A stretch of 61,272 bases of DNA, the filler included. It is 11 parts of 11 records of this genome, joined end to end, with 100 filler letters (N's around TTAATTAATTAA, not from the genome) between each part and the next. Parts side by side here need not be neighbours in the genome. Positions count along the whole stretch, not along the records: positions 56,605 to 61,272 come from SRR7504441_13511; 10 more parts are not named here. The stretch is one strand, 5' to 3'. Positions 56,605 to 61,272 of this stretch are shown here, in pieces. The first letter of the stretch is position 1. Each line of letters begins with the position of its first letter. A model generated the notes under the pieces. The model saw nothing but the letters and a program-made list of their open reading frames with translations. It had not been told where the DNA came from and did no database searches. The translations under genes were made by a program, and so were the position numbers.

Positions 56605-57057
56605 GAGGGAGGGAGGGAGGGAGGGAGGGAGGGAAGAAAGGGAGGAAGGGCGGAGTGCGGTAGGCCTCAATTCGAGAGCATGCAACCAGGCAGTCTTGTC
56701 AGTCACTTGCCTTGGTCGAAATCCTCCGGCGCCGCCTCGATTCCATTAATCCACGGCGTTGACTGCTCAACCGCTGCGTCCTTTGTCTCTCCTGCATCGT
56801 GCTGGTCTTCTTTCGCTGGTCGCCCGGCCGCTCCTGCGGCAGCACCATCCTTCGCGCTGCCCTTGGCAATGACGAGGGCGGCCACTGCCGTGACCGTCGC
56901 TGCTGGGGACGGCGAATCTCGCAAGACCTGAGCCGCACGGTCGCGTGCGAATAAAACAGATTCATACAGTGTACTCTTCAAAATGTCGACATGATCTGTA
57001 CATATTTAAACAAGACTTCGTATAGTTTTGACATCAATAATATCCATTGGTGATAAC

Positions 57058-59197
57058 CTAAAGCTCCTCCTCCCCAGTGCCGCTCCAGAACGAGTGCGTA
57101 TACTGCCGTTGGGCGCCGCTCATGTGCAAGTCGTGCAGGCTTGGGGCTCGCTCCCTAGGCTGGTCCTCGCCGCCTGGCCGGGTGTTGAAATAAACAGCGT
57201 ACGACTCCTCCATCACTTGGTAGAGAGGGATCAGCTCCAGAGCCCGGTCCTGACCATTAGCCACGAATGAGAGCTCCGTGGTGGAGTTGCGCCGGATGAA
57301 ACTTTCCGGCTCGAACGCGTCGCCCAGAGGCACAAACACTGTTGAATTGGCCGAAGACCCCACCGCAGCAAGCACCAGCGGTCCGTACATCCAGGCCATG
57401 GTGGCGTTGTAGCTGGAACGGTTGTCCTGCACCAGCGACGACCAGAGCAGCATCGGGAAGTGGGCCACGACAGTATCGCCATCGGCCCACTCGCGTGTGA
57501 GCCCAACGTACTGGCCAGGGACGAGCTTTTGAGTGACTGGCGCTCCATTCACTAGCAGCGTGTTGCGGCCACCGGTGGCCCACCCAGGCACACGGACGTT
57601 GATGGTGAAGTTTGCGGGCTTGCTGACAGCAACAGCGATCGATGTAGTGGTTGTGCTCGAAGCAGGGAAGCCTGCGTTCTGAGTGATGGTTGCCCCACGC
57701 TCCGGCCAGCTGATTGTGGATGATATGAACTGGTTTACAAAGATGCTCGAGTGGTCCGGCGACGCAAAGTAGATCGAATCGGACAGCTTCGAGAACTGCT
57801 CGGTGAGCGAGCCCCAGCAGCATGGGAAAGACTGGTTCGACCGGCCCCACGGCTTGTGCATCGACGCCGCCCCGAGCGGCAGCATGTAGATGTATTGGGT
57901 CATGGCATCGCTCAGCTTGTTCTGGTTGCCGATGATTCCGTTCATGATGGCGCGCTCGTAGAAGTCTGCCATGCCCGACGAGGCCGACCATTCAAACAGG
58001 TGCCGGGCCACTTTGAGGATCTGCCAGCCAGCCATCATCACAAATATAGCAGCGGGCGCTCACATTGTACTGAGTGCAAGATTCCTCCGTATCAGCATTG
58101 AGCTGGGAGCCCATCTGGTTGGGGGCAGTCCAGTGCTCGCCGTCGTTGCTGCCGCCGGTGGCCCAGCCGTGCGCGGCGTTCACGATCTTGAAGAAGTTAG
58201 TCACGATGCTCCTCTGGGTCTCGTTCCCTGTGAGTTCGTACCCTCGAGCGGACCCAATTATCTCCGGGATATGTGTGTTAGCGTGATTCCCGCCCCCGTT
58301 CCCGTGGGACGCATCCAGGTCGTCGTCGCCGATCGCCAAGGGCGCTGTCCACTGCCAGTGGTTGAAGAGCTCGCCGGTCTGCAGGTACCGCTGCTCATTG
58401 GTGAGTGCATAAAGGTTGTAGAGGACCTCATTCATACCGCCCCACTCAGTCCCAAGCACGCACTGCCACAGCTTCTGCCCGCCCCGCTCGAGCGTTGCCG
58501 CCACTCGTAGCACCACCCAGTCGGCCAGCTTAGTAAGCATAGTGAGCGCCTGGTCATTCGCTGCCATCTGGTGCTGGTCTAGCAGCCCAGCCATGAGCTT
58601 GTGCAGCGTGTAGTACGGAACAGAGTAGTCGATTTTAGGCCCGGGCATCCCACACCGGCCCTCCATAATTCCGAACGTGTCGGCGTAGTTTGGAAACAGA
58701 AACCCGTCGGACGGCACACCGTAGAAGTCCGTCTTCCCGCTCCACTCGGCTTGAACCTTGGCCATCTCACCCACCAGATAGTCCGCCTTGGCCTTGATCC
58801 GGGCGTCCCCGGTGTTGTTGTACATCATGGCGCACGCGCTCAGGAAATGCCCTTGGTAGTGCCCGTAGTACCCGCCGGGCCCCATCTCACCCGGCAGCTG
58901 CTCGCACACCGGCATCCCGGGCCCGCCCGGCACGGCGCATTTGCCGACGCAGGCGCTCAAGTTGGCGGCCGAGCGCATCTGGCAGAGCCACTGGGTGTCG
59001 TTCAGCGAGAGCATGTATTCGAGGTTGCGCCGCTGCGTCTCTCCGTAGAGCGAGTCGGCGGCCAGCTTGACAGAGGAAATAGGGAACGGACTGGCCCTGG
59101 GCTGGACCGGCGCCGGGACCTGCCGGAGCGGGATGGCTGCCGCGGGGCTGGCCACGAGCATGATGGCGGCGCACAGGCTGGCGAGCTGCATGGGCAT
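57058..59197 (-). CDS. Secreted GH127/GH146-type beta-L-arabinofuranosidase-like protein
   Basis: GHYQGHFLSA, PYYTLHKLMAGL, EWGGMNE, HANTHIP, ESCTQYN, YERA and FPCCWG. One intron at 58021-58063. Confidence 0.9.
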
Positions 59198-59261
59198 GGC
59201 GTTTGTGGCCTCTCGTGCACGATCTCAGCATTTTTTATAACGGCAATTCGACCTGGGGAAC

Positions 59262-60615
59262 ATGGACTGGCAGCTTCTCCTCGGGCTGGCGGCCGTCTGG
59301 GGACACTGGGCCAGCGGCCAGATGGTGCACGGGGGGGCGCTCCCGAGCTGGCCGCCGAGCTACGAGATGCAGGACAGCACCTTTCTAATGGCGTGCAACA
59401 ACACCGGCCCGTTCAGCCCGAGCTTCTCAGCCCACTGGGGGATCGCCGACTTCGACTGGAGCAACTGGAAGTACGGCCCGCAGGGCTGGAGTAGCGCCGC
59501 CCCGATGGACTGCGAGGAGCGACTGCTCGAGCAGGCCCGGATGACCAAGCTCGAGAGCAACAACCGCACCCGGGTCTTCGTGAGCCCGCCCGCCGCCCGC
59601 CTGTGCTTAGAAGGGGTCGCAGGTCTACCGCAACATGGTCAAGGCGCTCCCCTGGTACAGCTCGGTCAGGAAGAAGCTGGTCGACCCAGCCTACGCCGGC
59701 TTCTTCCTCAAATTCAACTGTAACCGAACCACCGGTTGCCACGTGCCAACAGACGGCAGCCAGCTCTACCACGACCACGAACAAACCCCGAGCGGCGACT
59801 GCGGCGTGCCATGCGGCGAGTATCTGTTCGACCACCGCAACGGCAGCATGCTCCAGCGCTGGTTTATTGAAGAGTTTGTGGGTGGCGATCACGGGATCGA
59901 TTCGCCGTACATCGACGGTTTCTTCTTTGACGACAATTTCTCAGAGCGCACTGGAGCGAGCGAGGAGGACACCAACAACCTCCAGGACTGCGGGCTCGGC
60001 CCAGAGCAGGCAGCGGCCGTGGCAGCCGGCTGGCGGGCCAACACCGCCGCTGTAGGCCGGGCGGTGCTGGCAAAGCGAGGGTTCGCAGTGCCTTACTTTG
60101 CGAGCTCCGGCCGGAATGAGACCGACCCAAAGACGCACTGCCGGGCCGACCTGCTCCGGCTGTGCGCCGTGAATGAGACGCTCGGCAAACCGTTGATTCA
60201 CACGCAGGCTCTGATGCTTGAGTTCAGCAGGGTGGACCACCGGGCTGACGTCGGGCTGTGGCACCCAAACGGGAGTCTGCCCTGGTTTGATCAGGACTTG
60301 GCCACCTTCCTGCTGGTGCGCGGGCCGTACGCCTGGATAGGCTACCTCTGGAGCGGCTGCACTGACTCCGGATACCCTTCAGGCTGCGACCCCCACTGCC
60401 AGGAGCCCGGCTGCAAGCCTTGCAGGTTCCCCAAAGCTCGAGATGCGGCGCCGTTCCCGCGGCCGGCCGGGCTGACCCACGACTACGGCGAGCCTTTGCC
60501 TGGGAGCTACTGCCAAGAGACGAGCGAGGGGAGCGGCGTGTTCCGGAGAGAGTGGACAAAGGCTTCAATCGAGCTCGACTGCAATAGCTTTGAGGCCAAA
60601 ATCAGCCCCAAGTGA
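59262..60615 (+). CDS. Secreted putative glycoside hydrolase (TIM-barrel-like, family uncertain)
   Basis: Signal peptide, DFDWSN, VFVYRN (across intron 59580-59622), DGFFFDD, LATFLLVRGPYAW, DYGEP and VFRREW. Confidence 0.7.
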
Positions 60616-60724
60616 GTATGCTTTGGTAACACCTTGTTATGTGTACACATTGCATGATTCACTAGTGATTCACGATGAGTGATAAATAACCGTTTGGGCA
60701 AGAACATTATTGCACTAGTAAATG

Positions 60725-61272
60725 CTACTTGGGTTTTACCTTCGGCTTGCGTTTGCGAGCGCCTTTCCCGTCCTCGCACAGCTCCAGCAACGCCCCGCCC
60801 AGATCCTTCTTGCGCCGCTGTGGCTTGCTGATCGCCCGGGCCAGCCGGCTGCTCTGGCGGGGCCGGCTCTTTGCCCTCTCTAGCGTTCCCATCAGCCTCC
60901 AATTGAACATCACCGTGCCCCAGTCCAGTGTCCGAAGCCCGAGCTCCGCCACAAGCCGCTCCAGCTCGGCCGCGTCCCTGTAACTAGCCGCGGCGTAGCT
61001 CACCGGCCGCTGCAGCTTGTGCCCCTCTGGCAACGGCTCCACATACCACCACAGCCGGGCCAGGGTGAGCACAGGGCAGCCGTCGGCCAGAACGTCTGCC
61101 CCGTCCACGCAGGCCTGCACCCCGCCCCCCACCCCCCCGAGCAGCACCACCGCATCCCGCCCGCCGGCCTCCTCCCTCCGGAACAGCCGCACTCCGACCC
61201 CCAGATCGGCGCTCCACTGCCGTAGGGTGCTCTCCATCCCGGCCGCGCCGACCGACATCGCCAGCACCGCCA
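60725..61272 (-). CDS. 3' part of an unknown protein with a Lys-rich tail, cut by the window edge
   Basis: Open GC-rich frame ending RKRKPKVKPK* before an AT-rich spacer. Confidence 0.55.
   Translation of the reverse strand, partial: AVLAMSVGAAGMESTLRQWSADLGVGVRLFRREEAGGRDAVVLLGGVGGGVQACVDGADVLADGCPVLTLARLWWYVEPLPEGHKLQRPVSYAAASYRDAAELERLVAELGLRTLDWGTVMFNWRLMGTLERAKSRPRQSSRLARAISKPQRRKKDLGGALLELCEDGKGARKRKPKVKPK

Overview
This window is eleven unrelated contigs joined by ten artificial 100-nt linkers (44 N + TTAATTAATTAA + 44 N), so adjacency across a linker means nothing. The DNA is from a compact, GC-rich eukaryotic (protist) genome whose lineage I cannot assign from sequence alone. Genes carry many tiny spliceosomal introns (mostly 34-55 nt, most often 38 nt), so the ORF track splits them and I re-spliced them by hand. 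About 38 genes are recognisable, including ALG2, ACTR10, pyridoxal kinase, a STE11-type MAP3K, SFT2, CutC, a two-repeat Myb, GH115 and GH127/146 hydrolases and three 2OG-Fe(II) oxygenases. Main points of interest: (1) a Kir channel with a TMSWG filter fused to a DHAR/CLIC-like GST domain; (2) two near-identical introns at different sites of one gene; (3) frequent GC-AG introns with almost no donor consensus beyond AG|GC; (4) a recurring Myb-type AACGG motif in very short, often bidirectional promoters; (5) several apparent pseudoenzymes, including a membrane-anchored dead adenosine deaminase with a HeH/LEM-like insert, a CaaX pseudokinase and a degenerate HAD domain fused to pyridoxal kinase; (6) two clean in-frame domain deletions that may be real or assembly artefacts. 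Family assignments come from remembered motifs, not database searches.
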